64,000 nt of DNA from Ptychomitrium polyphyllum (taxonomy: Eukaryota), in contig OZ316776.1 in the NCBI GenBank assembly GCA_973851085.1, forward strand, positions 6,882,001 through 6,946,000, in the 5' to 3' direction. The notes under the pieces were generated by a model. The model did not search any database, was not told where the DNA came from, and saw nothing but the letters and a program-made list of their open reading frames with translations. Positions 49,722-64,000 of the stretch are shown here, piece by piece. Numbering within the stretch: the first letter of the stretch is position 1; each line of letters opens with the position of its first letter. Made by a program: the position numbers and the translations under genes.

Positions 49722-50856
49722 TGTCACGCATCTCTCTTTGAGGAGTGCTCGCAACACTATAGACACAAGGGGGACCCCGAAGTGACGTCCGAGACTTGTG
49801 GCGCTAATAGTGAAGTGGCCCGAGTAGGCTTAACGTGGAAAGAATCTCATCGGAGAGAAACATCCTTGCCCATATAGACCGAGGGCCACGAGAGAGAAAT
49901 TGTAGGTATTGAAGGACTCTCGACAATTTGATTCTAGAATACTAAAGATTACTCAAATTAGACAAGGGAACTAAAAGATATGGCATCCCAATGTTGGAGC
50001 TACCAAAGGGCTGTTTTGGACTGTGGCAGCCCTAGACAGTGACTATATTAGACTGGGATAATGCAAAGAGAGACTCCTCAGGAGTCCCGAACCTTGGGAG
50101 AGGCATATCTCTCAGAATATTACGTCAAATTGGACGTTTGAGGAGTCTATTGGCATTTGCGCAAAGAGTAGATGACAATAAAGTGATTGCTTGATTCATT
50201 CAAACAGCAGACGTGGAAGATATGGCTCCCTAAAGGTCCGAAGGAAGTCCCGGAGGCTTCCAGCGGCTAAGTCCCAAGGGAAATCGGGTGGTCTTCCAAA
50301 GTTTTGGGTGTATTGGGGTTCAGCCAGCTAAAGAGGGCTAGGGGGCCTACCGAATTCCACAGAGAGTACTAAAGGGAGAGAGCTGGTCCTCCTCTCCACT
50401 CTTCTAGTGTCCCGATAGGAACCAAGGGTGAGTCCCGGTTGGTAGAGCTAATGTTGAGGCATCACCACAGAGACTCCCACACCATTGTGAGCCGCTGAAT
50501 GACCGATTTCACAAAAGGAACTAATAAAATCAAAAAGGCACGCTTGTTACCACTAAGTTGAGATAGTGTCTTCACGACGGTACTATGATGGCTCGGGGTG
50601 ATCTTAGGATTACATGGAGATCATGTGTGGTGGTATGGAGACACCGCTAAGTGCGGTTAGGCCGTGTGAAATAGGAGTAACACCAAGTGAGGCCTTTGAC
50701 ATGAATGGAAGTCCGTACCTAATCATTGGCTACCAATCAATTGGGTATTTTAAGAGAAATGGTAGGGGGAATTAAAAACCAAACTTAGATCTTGTAAAGT
50801 AAAAATGGGGGTTAACCATGTACATGTGGAGATATACAAGATTGATGCGTGTGACG
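49722..50856. mobile_element. GC-richer LTR-like segment of another family
   Basis: About 1.1 kb of higher GC in AT-rich DNA, bounded by TGTCAC...GTGACG and preceded by the purine tract gagaaagaagaagagggcg. No matching TSD. Confidence 0.5.
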
Positions 50857-52631
50857 TTTATTAAAGTGCATTACAAGGGTTGCAACAGGACGGTTGTCAA
50901 ACCGCCACATATACCCTTTATCACTTTATATCAGCTTTATTTGTCCACATTAGCCTTTAATCTTCTTTATGAAGCTCATATCTAATCATATTTTTAAATA
51001 AAAGACAACCTAAATCCTTTTTTTTTCTTCCTTTTTTTTTTTTTTTTTAGTTGAAACTTTTAGATTCAAACTATAAAAGAAGGCAAAATCAATCCTCACA
51101 AAATTCTAAAACAAATGAAAGAAAGTAGAAAAAAAATTGAAGTTTAATAAGAAACAAATTAATAATAATATCATCATCATCAAGGTAGGATCAGACACCA
51201 AGTTATGAACTTAGTTGACTAGAGAAGTTCCAACTGCTAAATCAGTTTGAGATTGATTTTTGTTGAATTCGTTAAGTAAAATGACAGCACTTAATTTAGT
51301 TTTGCTAGCAAAAATGGTAAGCAGGAAAATACTACAGTTAACTGGCATATTAATCCTAAGCTAAGACAAAATTTGGTTCTACTTCCAAGAAAAATAAAAA
51401 TTGTGATTTCACCACAACCTTCATTTGATTTAATTGTTTTTTTTTTTCTAATAAATTTTTTTAAATAAAATAATTTAAATTCCACAAAATAACAAATACT
51501 AGTTAAATTTTAAACTACACATTTTAGTACATTACAACAGTGTAATATCACATTGAATAGCAATATAACTTTATACCTTCATATAATAATTTAGACTAAA
51601 AGCATTTAAATTAGTACAAAACAAAGCAACATTTTGTTTATTTTCAAAATGTATTAAAAATATATACAACATATATAGAACTATTAATACCAATTTCATT
51701 ATGATTAATGAACATATACTTAGGAAGAAACTGCAAAACAACTAATATAAAAATAAAAGGTGAAAGAATATCAAAGGATATAGATTTTTGAACTACAAAA
51801 CAAGTTTGCAAGTAATTCATTGTAACAAGCCTTATAAATTTGGTAATATAACATAAGTTGTAATTTTCAAATAATTAATCAAGCATATCATGTCATGTAT
51901 TCTTTGTCAAAGACAGAAAAATCAACAAATATTAAAACAAGGCCTACAAATTGTTATACTATGCAAAATATTTTTTAAAGATGTGTTGATAAACAAAACA
52001 TTTATAGGATCATGGTTCCACAATATACTTTTATAAGTACTGAATATATGTAAAACTATAGCAATAGTAATAAAAAAATTTACTTGTAAAAAACATGAAA
52101 CATTTACAGCACTGAATTGTAGTAATGTCTTAAAAAAAAATGCTAATATGCATGCACTGGTAGGCAAGTGGTGAGCAGTATGTGATGAGCCACAAGGGGT
52201 AAAAGCAAGCTAGAATTTGACGTTCAAATAAGATTTTGAAGACATTAGGACCCCAAAGAGTCTAAATATCCATAGGTCCTTTGAAACAAATAAAATTTTA
52301 TTTAGGAAAAAGGTACATATGACTATGGACTTAGTGTACAAAGTTTACCATGTATAGGCATGTTGAGCCAATAACCGTGGAACAACATGTAGGCAAGAGT
52401 ACGATGTGGACAACAGACGAATACATCTTGAGGCTAGGAACGGGAATAATTTCTGTCAACCATGGACTCTCTGCAATATTAGTAGTACTGTCTCTGCTTG
52501 AATTGGCTTGGTATTCAAACTCGTTTACTTAGGCTCACTGTTCTCTAAATGTAAGTGCAACAGAAGCTGGTCTCTAACATTTTCGCACAGTAGCCGACAA
52601 GTTCACCCCCATAGGTAGCAACTACACAGTC

Positions 52632-54436
52632 CTAATTCTCAAGGAGAACTTTGCCCGCCCCTCCCACCTCCTGCAGGATGATCCATTGGTGGATCCGAAA
52701 AGGATGAGTATGTGAGGACCGAAAACCTCTTTTCAAACTTATTTACATGCTGAAGGTGCAGAACGATTCAAGGCGGTTGTATGCAAGAATGAGAAGGATC
52801 TGTTGTAGTACCTGGCTCCGGCGAATAGCCTGCTCAACGAGCGCAAGAGGGAACACATCCGCTGTTCGTGTTTGAATGACGCCGCTCGCTAGAAGCTTCA
52901 TCACGGCGCTGCTAAATTCCCTCAGCTGCTCAGGTTCCAAACGATCCAGCCAGTTGGAGAGCCAGAAGCCGTGCAGGCGCACGTCACGGAACATGAGGTT
53001 GGCTAGCCCTGGCTGCAAGCTTTGCCCTCCCAGAGATGCATATATCATCACCAGGCCTCCTTTCCTTACACTTGACATGACGGTCTGCAATGTGAAGTTC
53101 ATGCACCTTGTCAGCACCAGGAGAGCCATTCAAAGGTAGTCTGAGCATGATTAGGACTTTTGTGTATGCTAGTAGACCCTGAGGTTGACAACTCCCTCCT
53201 ATTAGAATGTGAGATTTCTAAGTTCAACATCGTGTATCCCAACGATGAGTTTTAGAACATGAAGCTTTGGTGTTTAGCAAATAGGGCGAGTCCTGTTCTC
53301 CAATCCCCCCCGATTCAGTAAATTGAAAAGAGAGATTATTGAACGAGCTAAATGTACCTTGGTGAAGGTTCCGCCGATGCAATCGAGTCCTCCATGTGCC
53401 AGCTTGTCGTGCGTGATTTTCTTCACACGCTGGACTACGTTTTCTTCTGCATAATTGATCACCTCATCGGCACCAAGCGCCTTCAACTCTGCTTTCTGTT
53501 CGTTTTGACGCACGAGGTTGATCGTCTGCAGAAATGGATCAGCATAACTTTATGTATCGTGCTCAAAGATTATCCATCGATCGACATACTGCATGATGAT
53601 GCTTTTCAGTGTAGTACCTTGAAACCTAAGTGGTGAGCTACTTGGATGATCATGCGGCCAAGCGTGGAAGCAGCCGCCGACTGGATTACATAGTCTCCCT
53701 TCTGTGGATTGAGCTCTCGTAACATCGCCAGAGCTGCAAAATGGCATGCAAAATAAATAAAAATTGCTGAATCATTCTCTGATCTAACATCTATTTTATT
53801 GAGAGAGATAATTGAAAATATGATTGCCAATCTGCTCCAGGACACTAGCAAATATATTACTTGACCATGGATTGACATAAAACTGCGCTGCGGTGTGGTC
53901 TGAAACGGAGTCAGGAATGGGGAAGACATCCTGCGCAGGCGCAACCACAAATTCTTGCCAGCTTCCTTGCCCCGCCAAGTCAGGCCGCGAAATGAAGGGA
54001 AACACTCGTTGACCTTCTTTCAATCCATACTCTTCTTTCACCCCCTCCCCAAGCTACAACAAGCACCAAACAAGCATACCTTGAATGATGCTTAATTCAA
54101 CTCAAAACATTAACTCGCGACAGGTGATCGATCGAGACATACTTTTATATTCAACGTGACTCAATGATATTGGTGTACCTCATGGACGACCCCCATGCCT
54201 TCGAGGCCAAGAGTGGCGGGCAGGTGAGGTGGCTGCCAAGGAGGGTACGTCCCTGCCAAGCTCAGGAGATCCGCGGGGTGCACGGGACGACACAATATGT
54301 GCACCACCACTTCACCACGTAGCGCCCTCGGGGTCGTCACCATCGCCACTTGCACTCGGTCTATCAACGTCGACGTTGAGCTCTTCTTCACGTCTCGAAC
54401 TTGCACTGCCCTGTGCATCGCCATCGCCGGAGCCAT
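52632..54436 (-). CDS. Medium-chain dehydrogenase/reductase (quinone oxidoreductase / enoyl-reductase-like), 6 exons
   Basis: GEVVVHILCRPVHPADLL...GLEGMGVVHE, GSWQEFVV...AAQFYVNPW, KGDYVIQSAAASTLGRMIIQ, LKALGADEVI, GGLVMIYASL...LHGFWL and EVGGAGKVLLEN*. Confidence 0.92.
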
Positions 54437-55704
54437 CTCGGAAATCGCCCTCCCCGTCCAACAATGGTTGAGTACTATAAATGTTCAATCGGCAAAACAA
54501 CGAATAACCGTTCTATAATCGAAAGATGTTCCTCAAATCAAAATGAAATCAGATGCAATGTGCATGCAGTTCTGTATTGAGCGATTTTCACACTGAACAT
54601 GATAAGATACTAACAGATCACTACTAGTCATTAAACGATTCCATTGCAATGAGTGTACGTATAACCGGGATTCATTATCAACAGTTGGCACCTGAAATGA
54701 GCTGACACAACGAGTCCAGCGTCGTTCAATACGCCCAATTTCCTCTGATATCTAGGGGTTACCTGGTCAATACTCGCATGATATAAATGTGGTACGGGTG
54801 CGATACCCAAGTGATACTCAGGTAGCCATCTTGAACGACGGAAACATTACTACTTTGTAAGCCTGTTGAGGCTGCTTGTGGAGGTTTGAACTTCGATGCT
54901 GTTCAATGGTTGCGAAGAATGTCAGCTACCGAAGAAGAGAGTCATGATCGATGGAAGCATGGCGAAGAATTTATGGAATGGAATTCGGGAGGCAGGAAAG
55001 ATGCGTGGGTGGATGAAGAAGGTGCACCTAATGCTGGTAGCCCCTGCCCATGCACATACCTCATTATTCTCACACATTTTGTCTCCACTCTGTGCACTAG
55101 TGTTAAATCTACGGCAGCCTGTGCAGCTTCGCACCATCATGATTTTCATATCTCGTTCCTTTCATGCCTTCTCCGTTTGATTTCTTCTGCTGGAACAAAA
55201 GAGAGGGACCTAAATGCAGCACTCGGCCAAATCCACTATAATCTACAATTTGTTCAAACTCCAGAATGAAAATGGAAAGAAACCCTAGACTGAGAGATTC
55301 AAGTGAGCATCGCAATCACGTGCCTCCATATAATCAAGTTAAAAAATAGTTGTATAAGCCATTAGAAAACGTCACTGCACATCCAGGAATTACAGCAACT
55401 CATCTTCTCATCAAATATAAACTACAACGAACACATGTAACAGTGAATGTATGAAGGTACAGGTCATTAATGACTCACCTACACTATCTCCTCATATTTA
55501 GTTGAAGAGAAAAGCTTGACCAATAGAATGATACCTTGGTAGATACCGCTGCGAGGATGTTGTTGGGCGGGTATCGACTAGGACGTCTCATAATTCGTGC
55601 TCGCCGTGGAGTCTCCGGAGTCCGAGGTGTGGTGGAGTTGCAACAATGAAGCTGCGCGCATGGTGATGCGAAATCAAGCCTTGTGCTCCTCCCAGCCGCC
55701 GGCC

Positions 55705-57929
55705 ATGTCGATGGAATGCAGGCTCCGCATTCTCCTGCCTCTGTGCTTCTCTCTCTTCTCTCTGCTCGCCGCTTCCGGTAATGTCTTTTATGGCCCGTCA
55801 CTTCATTTCGCTCTGTTTGTCTGGGTGAGAAGGAATGCTGCTGTTACAGGGGCTTGGAAGTACTTCAATTACGTGTCTTTGAGTTGGGTTGCGGTTTCTC
55901 TCTTGTGCTTTGATCCATGGTGGTTATGTGGTTTGTGTTTCTACCTTTTTTAGCCCCCTTGCATCGTGAGAGATTTGTCAGATTGGTGCACTTTAGGGTT
56001 TCTGAGAGTTTGGTGGACGGATCTCTTGTTGCTTGTGTTCTGGAGTTGTGGGATGTCTGTGTACACTTTTGGTAACGATGCTATAGGTGCGTGATGCGTG
56101 TTAGGGTTAGAATCTCCTGACTAGGTTGATTGCTTGAGGCTGGAATTCTTACTTATGATGTTTCTTAGGGGTATGGCTAAGCTGGTGGGATCGGATTTGA
56201 GATCACATTATCATAGGGCATTGTTGATGTGATCATTATTGCGACCACGACATTATTTTCGACGTTGAAAAGTTGGACGGTCGAAAGTTGTTTCCGTTTC
56301 TCGACACCCCTTTTTTCCTAAAGGAATTTAAGATAGGGCTTTGAAGTTTGGGGGTTCTCACGATGTTCATTGTCTGCTGCTTGAATTCACACCAATACTA
56401 ATGGACTCCCATGTGACGCTTTCGAGATACTAGACCTGGATTCTGCTAGTCACATCAATGTGGTGTATTTATTATTGTACTGTGACTGCTCTTGTGGTGA
56501 CATTTTATTTGTTCATTACTGCTGAAAATCGCTTGATTTGGTCCTTTGTTTTATGATTTTGTCAAGTCTATGTTTGGTTCAGCGGCCTTACATAGAACTT
56601 TAACGCGTTGCTGTTTGTACAGGTGTTGTAGCGGATGGAAATGTGACATTACAGTTTTTGACAATTTTTAATACGCATGAGTGGTTCGGCCAAAAACCTG
56701 AAGTGTATTTCCAATGTCAGGACGAAAACAAAGTGTACTTGCCGGATATTCAGGCGAAGGGCCAACTTTACAATTTTCTGGGATTGGAATCCTGGCAGGT
56801 AGCTGCTGTACTCACGTAGTTTAGGAACTTAGGAATACTGCGCATGTCTGATTGAGTATGGAGAGGAGGAATACTAAACACAATGGACTGAAGAAGCATT
56901 TATTTTGTGCCACGGTTCTATGTAGAGTCTGACGTGTCCAAAATATTATTGCTGTTAGCATTGCCAAAGTAGAACTTGCTATTCGGATAACTGCTTTTAT
57001 ATCTTGCGGTTTTAGTTTTGCATGCCGTTTTTATACGTGCTGGGTTGTGTCATGCATACAGCCCCTCGTTACTTTGTTTGGCAAGAAATGCAAGCGCTGC
57101 GGACTCTATGAGAAGGATGCGGTGAAGGCAGATGACGTGTTTGATCAGTGGGAGCTTTGCCCATTGGATTTCAGCCCAAGTCCGGAAGGTCTTTACTCCC
57201 GTCTCAAGGAATACGAGTACAACCTTACTCTTTCGTGCCCAAATTGCAGTAAGTACAACCGCCCTTACGTTTTGCTCTTAGTTCTGCTTCTCCTTCGTTA
57301 ATCTAGCGAGCATCCCTGTAATTGTAGCAATATCATGTAACCGTCATAGATTTCCAGAAACACGTGAATGAAGATAGAAGCTGTCTTGATTTCCGTATCA
57401 ATTGCTCAGTGGTTTTTTAAGCGTGACTTTAATCTTGGCGAGACAGGGTCGACTTGTATAAAACCTGTGAATTCCTGCTTTTTACTCGATAACATCCATG
57501 ATAGTTTTGTAATTGAGATTTGCTTCTATGTTTTTCTGGATTTACTTTAGTTAGACTCTTCGAATTTTTATTAGTGTGTTGTCAACATAATCTTATGAAG
57601 TATATGTGATATTGAGAGGAGCGGAAGTGAGATTTTGGACAGATTCTGATTATCGAATATTTTGTGTTGGTCTGGAAGATGTTGTATCATCCGAGGAAGT
57701 TGCAGGTTCTGAACCTGCCAGTGAGTCTGATGAAAAGGAGGAAAGCCATCATCATGGGTTGACAACTGTTCTAGTAATATTTGTGTTGTTATCACTGGGA
57801 GGGTTTGGCTTTGTGGCTTACAGTCAATGGCGTCGGAAACAAAGAGAAACTCAACAAGCGCGCTTTATCAAGTTGTTTGAAGACGACGACTTTCTTGATG
57901 ATGAGTTAGGACTGAAGGACGGGCTATAA
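55705..57929 (+). CDS. Conserved plant single-pass type I membrane protein of unknown function, 4 exons
   Basis: Signal-peptide exon 55705-55777. Exon 56623-56798 gives IFNTHEWFGQKPEVYFQCQ...ESWQ. Exon 57062-57248 gives KKCKRCGLYEKD...DDVFDQWELCP...CPNC. The last exon has a TM helix and WRRKQRETQQARFIKLFEDDDFLDDELGL; its acceptor is ambiguous. Confidence 0.88.
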
Positions 57930-59399
57930 GTACTTGATACTTGAGATAAAACTTTTCTTTAGGTGGAAGCGTCTCATGCAAATTTCAGATAGTTGAAGAT
58001 AGATGTGATTTTAATTCTAGCTTCACTTACGGAAGGGTCAGTGTGTCACTTACGGAAGGCGCCTAATGCCACTAACGAAGCATTGACTTGTGGGGAGTGA
58101 AGCTTCCACATTTCTTGTAACCTGCCTAATTACTTGTAAGCAGTCGCCTAGTCTGCTGGAGTATCTATTGAGCTGCAATGCGTTCGGGAGGACGAGATGC
58201 TTCTATATGGAGCTCCTTCTTTACAAGGAGATCAGCTCTATCTCTTGTAATAGCATTGTTTCCTTCAGGCTTTTCAGCTCAGAAGATGGCCTAGGTTTTC
58301 GTTCTTTATAGCGCTACGTATTGTGGTCAACGGGGGAGATAGCCAAACTTTTCAAACAATGCAATCGTTATGCTGACACTATCTTTCTCCAACTGCTATT
58401 TGGAAATTTGAAATAAGGGGACGAGCTTCAGTGGTTATAAAGATGTCATTTTGTCGATGTTTTCTTTCGGACATGTTTCACAGGATTGCTTCAGTTTTAT
58501 AAAATGTTCCCAAAAGCCTTTGTATGACAGAAGGTTGTTGCAATGTCAAGTTCTTACGCAAGGACCATGTCCAAGCGATAGGGAAACGGAGTGTGCGAGG
58601 AGCCGTGTTAAATCCTCATCATTACCAAAGCAAGGATGGACCTCGCGAAAGAATCAATCTCACAAAACAAGCTACCTCAAGTGGAAATCATACTGATAGG
58701 AAACGCAGATCACTTGGAGAAGTTAGCCTTCGGAATTCTAATTTTAGCGCTTCTGAAGGGAGCCTCGCATCATCAATGGTGTCGAACAATGATTGAAAAC
58801 TCGGCCAAGTATATTTATAGGTTTCCTTCCGTCTCTCACAGAAGATTGTTGAGACTCAAGGATTCAGACTACGCCGTTAAGGCGATGATTGTGGTGGCAA
58901 ATTTCCAAATCTCATGTTCATCTAGAAGCCTGTGGCAATCCTGTAAACTTCCAATTACCATAAGGCAATAAATCCTACATTGAAACAAAGTACACTCAAG
59001 ATGATACAATAATCCCGTCAGGCTGCTACAAAACCCCATGCTCAATTAGAACGTTCTGTATTAATCAATTCTCAGCAGTTGAAATTAAACACTGGCAAAT
59101 TGTAAAGTGCCGATCGTCCTCAGATGAACAATACAGACACTTATAACTTAATCTCACAAACTCAATCCAAACCTCTAAACAATACAAATTCCCTTGCAAC
59201 GAAACGCAACTAGATTTACACACTCGCTCCATGATCTCTACATCAATGCTTCGCCGCAGATATGTCTCGTAACCACACAGAAAGGGAATGCCCCTCACCG
59301 ACTCTTTGCCGGCAGTTTCAAATCAATGCGATCACCACAAATCACTCCTGGTCTGATTCTGACCAAAAACCTCAAGAATCATGCGACAATCTCTGCTAC

Positions 59400-62300
59400 C
59401 TAGACCCGTCGGTAAGTTACAGTTATCGGCATTTTCACCACATGACCTAAGTTTCCGGTCAAATAGACCCTCCCAAAGCTCGTCTGGTTCATGTAAACCG
59501 CACGCTTGGCAGCCTTCAGAGTGAATGTAATCAACTGCGTCGCTCCAGGGGCGATGGTAAATGATGGAGGATCCACGGTGACATCGACATCGGCAAGCTT
59601 GGCGTTGACGACGGCGGTGTAGGTCTCAAGAGGACCTACGTTCGATACCGTTCGTGGAATCACTCTGATCTTATCCAACGTGCCAACGGTAATGCTTGGC
59701 AAATTGAGATCTGAGGACAATCCTGGATTTGCCGGACAGTTCTGCAATGTTGCAGCTTTGACTTCGGCTGGGGTTAGGTCTTTCACGGAACAGAGAAATT
59801 TGATGTAGTCGGCGTAAGCTGCACACAAAGACGATGACCATTGAGTAAAATGCGAAAATGAGACCCAGAGACGGAGCAAAATGAAAAAAGACAATTTCAC
59901 AGTGAAGCGATTGTACATAAGCTACTCACTAGCGTCGAAGATCAAGCCAGGGTCAAGTGCCGTAGCGGCATCCACAAACCCTGCTCCAAAATCGAATGCA
60001 TTTCCGGGCCGCTTGATTCGCTTGATAACTTGTCCATACTGATCAAGTTGATCGTCATACGCATACAAAGGATTGTCGAGGCTGTCCAAGGGAATGGCTG
60101 TAGTTGCAAGAGCAGACGCGATAGTGGAGGGGCTCCAGTCAGGGTGCGCTTGCCTAACAATGGCCGCCACTCCTGCCATGTGCGGCGTCGCCATACTTGT
60201 TCCACTGATCATGCAAAACTTCTCACCACGAAAGATGTCCTTGCCGGTTGTTGGAAGAGGAGACCAAGACGACCATATGTCTACACCTGGTGCAACAATG
60301 GTGGGCTTCAGCACATCGGCTACAGGTTGATTGGTTGCGGACGGTTCGTCCAATCCGAAGTAGATGTCAGGACCACGAGATGAGAATGGCGCAATCAAAG
60401 GGGGCAAGCCCGAATACACAGCCGCAGTTCCGCCAGCGATCCTTCCATTAGCACCGTTTGCAGACTTGAGGTATGTCACAAATGCCTGGAAGCAGAAACG
60501 AGGTTTCAGCGACGAGTTGCAATGTAGGGAGACTTGGATTAAGCACTATGTTCATCATCAATACGAAATCAGAAGATAAAGGATTTGAAAGAACGCCATT
60601 CACCTCCATATTCTTCGCTCCCCAAATTGAAATGCCTGGAAAATCCTGGAAATCGAAATTCGAAGGGCTGCTTGGCTCGTCGTAAGTCTGCATTATCACC
60701 AGCACCACCCCAACAGCTCCCGTTGCCTGTGCCGCGACGCGACTTAGACCACCGGCCTGGCCAGTGAAACTTGGGACACCATTCCATGTACATACCAAGA
60801 TCTTACCCTGAATGAGTTTCTTGTTAAGCACTGTGGGATCGGCACAGTCGAAGTCGGTATTCACGAATGAGGCCGGCAATTCAGCATCACTTGCACGAAC
60901 CAAAGTATAGTTCTGTGTGCCTGGTGTAGGAGCTGCCAGATTGCACCAGAAAATGGGATTTATTACCTCGTTCACATGGCAAACAACTAACCGTGACATT
61001 CACAGGTGGAAAGATGAGAGTAAGCAGAACTGGGTACTTACGAGCAAGACCCTGGCCAGAGAAGTTCTTGCCATCTCCGGTGTACAAGAAATTCGGATAA
61101 GTGCGATCCGTTGTGCTCGCACCCACTGATGTAATCCATGGGCTCCATGAAGTTATGGTTGACAATCCTGGCCCTGTGTTTCCAGCAGCATGCACAATAT
61201 ACACTCCGGCCTTGACAGCTCCCAAGCAAGCAATCTCGAAAGTATCCGTGAAGGTGACGTTGCCCACTTCCGCTGCGTTTGGGCCAAGTGATAAACTGAG
61301 TACATGCACTTTATCCTTGATCGCCTGAACTCCAACCCCCACGCCATTTTCAGCAAACACAACAAAATCTCATATGATCCGATTTCCGAACAATACTCTA
61401 AAAGGTCCTTCTAAGAGATCTTTCAGAATGCACAGATGTCACCTTTGAATATCACTTCAAGTGACATCGAGAAATCCTAATCTCAAATAAGAGGGATGAA
61501 CTGCACCTGCTCAATAGCCATTATGATATCGGAATTTCTTCCTTTGCCATCCGTCGTCAAAGCTTTGTAAATAGCAAGCCTACAATACAAAAAACACCAC
61601 TGAAAATGAGGAAAATGCAAACTCCCGCTTCACAGTCCTGTTGTCACTCTTTCTCATTAACTAGTCAGCTTCAGCAAGCTACATGCAACGTGCACTAAAA
61701 TCACGAGGGCGTGAATACATACTAACTTTCAACATCTAACAACACTCACCGAGCTCGGGGAGCCGCACCACTCGCAAACCCGTAATTGGCACCGTTAACA
61801 ACCACCGGTACTCCATAATTTCCTGCTGCAGTACCAGCGCAATGCCTAAACAAATTCCACCAGTTATGGTAATTAACCACCCATATCTCTCAACGAGCTG
61901 AGATAATTTACACCGTAGTACTCTCATGTCCATTAGAAACAATACCAGCCTGTGTATACGTTGAATGTTACATCAGTATCCCCTGAATATCATATAGACG
62001 TCATTTGAAATGTTGAAATAGCAAACTCTACCATACCGCCGGACTCATTGTGCCTCTAACCCTAAAACCCTAAAAGACATAAAACGGATTACTTTACTCA
62101 CGTGCCATGGCCATTGCCGTCCAAGGGGCTGTTCACATCTGGATCCGAGGCATTAACAACGCCGGAAGCTTTGGAGCCTGCGAAAAACACTTGAGCTCCA
62201 ACAATCTTCCCATTGCAGAACCCATTCTGAACACGCGGATCAGGTACACAGGTGGCTTTGAAAGTTGGGTGAGGACCGTAGGGCTTCACTCCATCAGTGG

Positions 62301-63142
62301 CCGCAAAACTGGGATGGTCCGGGTAGATTCCGGTATCAACGACGCCAATAACGACATCCTCACCAGCACTATGGTTGCCAGCAACTTTATTCCAAGCATT
62401 CTGAAGCGCCATATAGTCATGGGAATGTGTTGTTGAAATCATCACCTCTCTGTCCGGCTCGATGCTCATAACCATGGGACTGCGCTCCATTACCTCTTTC
62501 TTCATGTCCAGACAACCAGTTCTCACAACTTTAACAACCACACTAAATCCTAGGTTTAGATAGTCCTGACTCTTCGTGATGGATATTTATGCAAAATTAT
62601 TAAAACTAGATCGTGAGCAGTATGATTACTTAGGTGGATGAGGTAAGGAGCTGGTGGATGAAACGCAATTTACCTGGGCTGGCGACATTGCGATGGCTAC
62701 TCCACGAAATGATTCGCTGTAGTCATAGATCTTTCGGGTGTCTGATTCTCGCATCAATCCAAAGACTGTGTCTAGCAGTGCATCGTTCTGCGCACTGACG
62801 GTCATATGTTCGGAAGCTACTCCGAGTGTATTTTGCATGCCATCTGGACTGCAGGCACAGAAGGTCATGGAGGCCATTACAATCCAGAATAGGTGATGTT
62901 GTTACGTGAGCCATTATACAAAACTGAAACCAATGTTGTTTCCAAGTTTTTAAAATTTTGACTCTGGTCGGTTATCCGACTGAATACCATTGCTCCATGA
63001 CGTGGGAAGAAAGAACTTACTCAAATCTAACGATGTACGAGTCCGCAGCATTCGTAGCAACGAAGCACCAAGCCGCGAGGGTGCAGTAAAGAATTATTTG
63101 GGCGATGCACTCCCCATAACTCCTTCCCATCTTCCTCGCCAT
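59400..63142 (-). CDS. Subtilisin-like serine protease (plant SBT2-like), multi-exon
   Basis: Signal peptide from ATG 63142, I9 prodomain (KIYDYSESFRGVAI), catalytic D (VVIGVVDTGI), H (DGNGHGT) and S (ISGTSMATPH), AAGNTGP, PA domain, and an Fn3-like end (SDLNLPSITV...VKMPITV). Confidence 0.94.
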
Positions 63143-64000
63143 TTCTACGGCGAGTTCAATTCTTGGAACCCTGTTGCACTTGCCAGTCCTGGTTTCTTTA
63201 AAGTACTGCAAAGTCGACTGTACCTTCCTGCTTCCTACAGGTTCTTAACGAAACCTGCAACGTGAGAAACGACTACAGCACCGGTCTTTGGAAACCAATC
63301 ACTGAGTTGTGCAAACGGTGTTCCTCCCGACACCTGAATCAAGCTTGAGGGCGGTGCTTCGTCGAGGGTGGTGCTTCGCCGTCTCAACCATCAACCTGCA
63401 CACCAATCTGAAACTTCGTCCTGCACCTGGACAAGGTCTTCCTTGCCAACGTTCCCAGACAATGCCAAGCCCCCACGATAAACTCCGGTGCCTCCGGCAC
63501 CGTGGTTCCAGCACTACACCCTCCGAATTCTTTGGCGAAGTTCTCGCCCTTTCCCGCTTCCTAAGCACTGAAGCCTTGAGTTATATCATTGAAACTCTGC
63601 TTTCGGAACTGATTCTACCACAGCTTGAACGTGGCAACTCCAGCACGCCAGTCAATAATTCCTTTGCGCGTCACTGCCACATTACTGAAACTTGACGAGT
63701 CTAGCTGATTAAAACCAACCCTGCCGCGCACGTAGTAAAGACAAACCGATCACGTCAGCACAAGCCAAAAGAGTTCGCGGCGCAAAAACAACCTGGATCC
63801 ACCTAACCTGGCCCCACCACGTACCTGGCCCCAAGCTGGCAGACGCCAGCTCTCTCCCGAGGCAAACTCATCCTTCTACAAATGAGGACTTGGACTCTCG
63901 TGCACAGCGCGAACTAGCCCCAGGTCCTCAGACACAGTGCTCGTTTGTAGAATGGACTCCTCTGAGCGGATGAGCTTCCATTTCTGGATCCACTTGACAC

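Noticed and set aside
54258..54268. AAGCTCAGGAG matching the start of miR390
   Set aside because: An 11-nt match antisense to a coding exon with no hairpin; consistent with chance.
59400..63142. Subtilisin as the processing enzyme of the RRLL peptide at 31.8 kb
   Set aside because: It is SBT2-like rather than S1P-like, lies 27 kb away beyond a TE island, and linkage implies no function in a plant genome.

Overview
This is eukaryotic plant genomic DNA. The intron-rich genes, telo-boxes, moss-type F-box and B3 genes and decayed chromoviral Gypsy LTRs are most consistent with a moss such as Physcomitrium (inference). Spliced genes reconstructed by hand: the 5' part of a LIM-domain gene (-), mitochondrial-type ClpX (+), a small RLGLGA-motif (DUF3245/Nop19-like) protein (+), a DCAF8-like WD40 protein with a CaaX end (+), long-chain alcohol oxidase (+), a GT47 exostosin (-), a secreted 8-Cys peptide precursor (+), an HDHD3-like HAD hydrolase (-), an MDR/quinone-oxidoreductase-like enzyme (-), a conserved single-pass membrane protein (+) and a subtilisin (-). 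An F-box gene and a B3 gene look pseudogenised. Positions ~41.7-50.9 kb are an AT-rich nest of decayed LTR retrotransposons. Three signals are missed or only fragmentarily shown by the ORF track. (1) A minus-strand box C/D snoRNA cluster at 7.9-8.9 kb (U24, U15, U35, snoR58Y-like) lies head-to-head with the nucleolar-type gene. (2) A second, diverged C/D cluster at 29.1-29.6 kb has a snoR58Y paralogue with a duplicated guide and two snoRNAs with no target I can recognise. (3) A 4-exon gene at 31.8-32.9 kb encodes a signal peptide, a pro-region with RRLL and an 8-Cys domain with an unfamiliar spacing. All family and rRNA-target assignments come from remembered motifs, not database searches.
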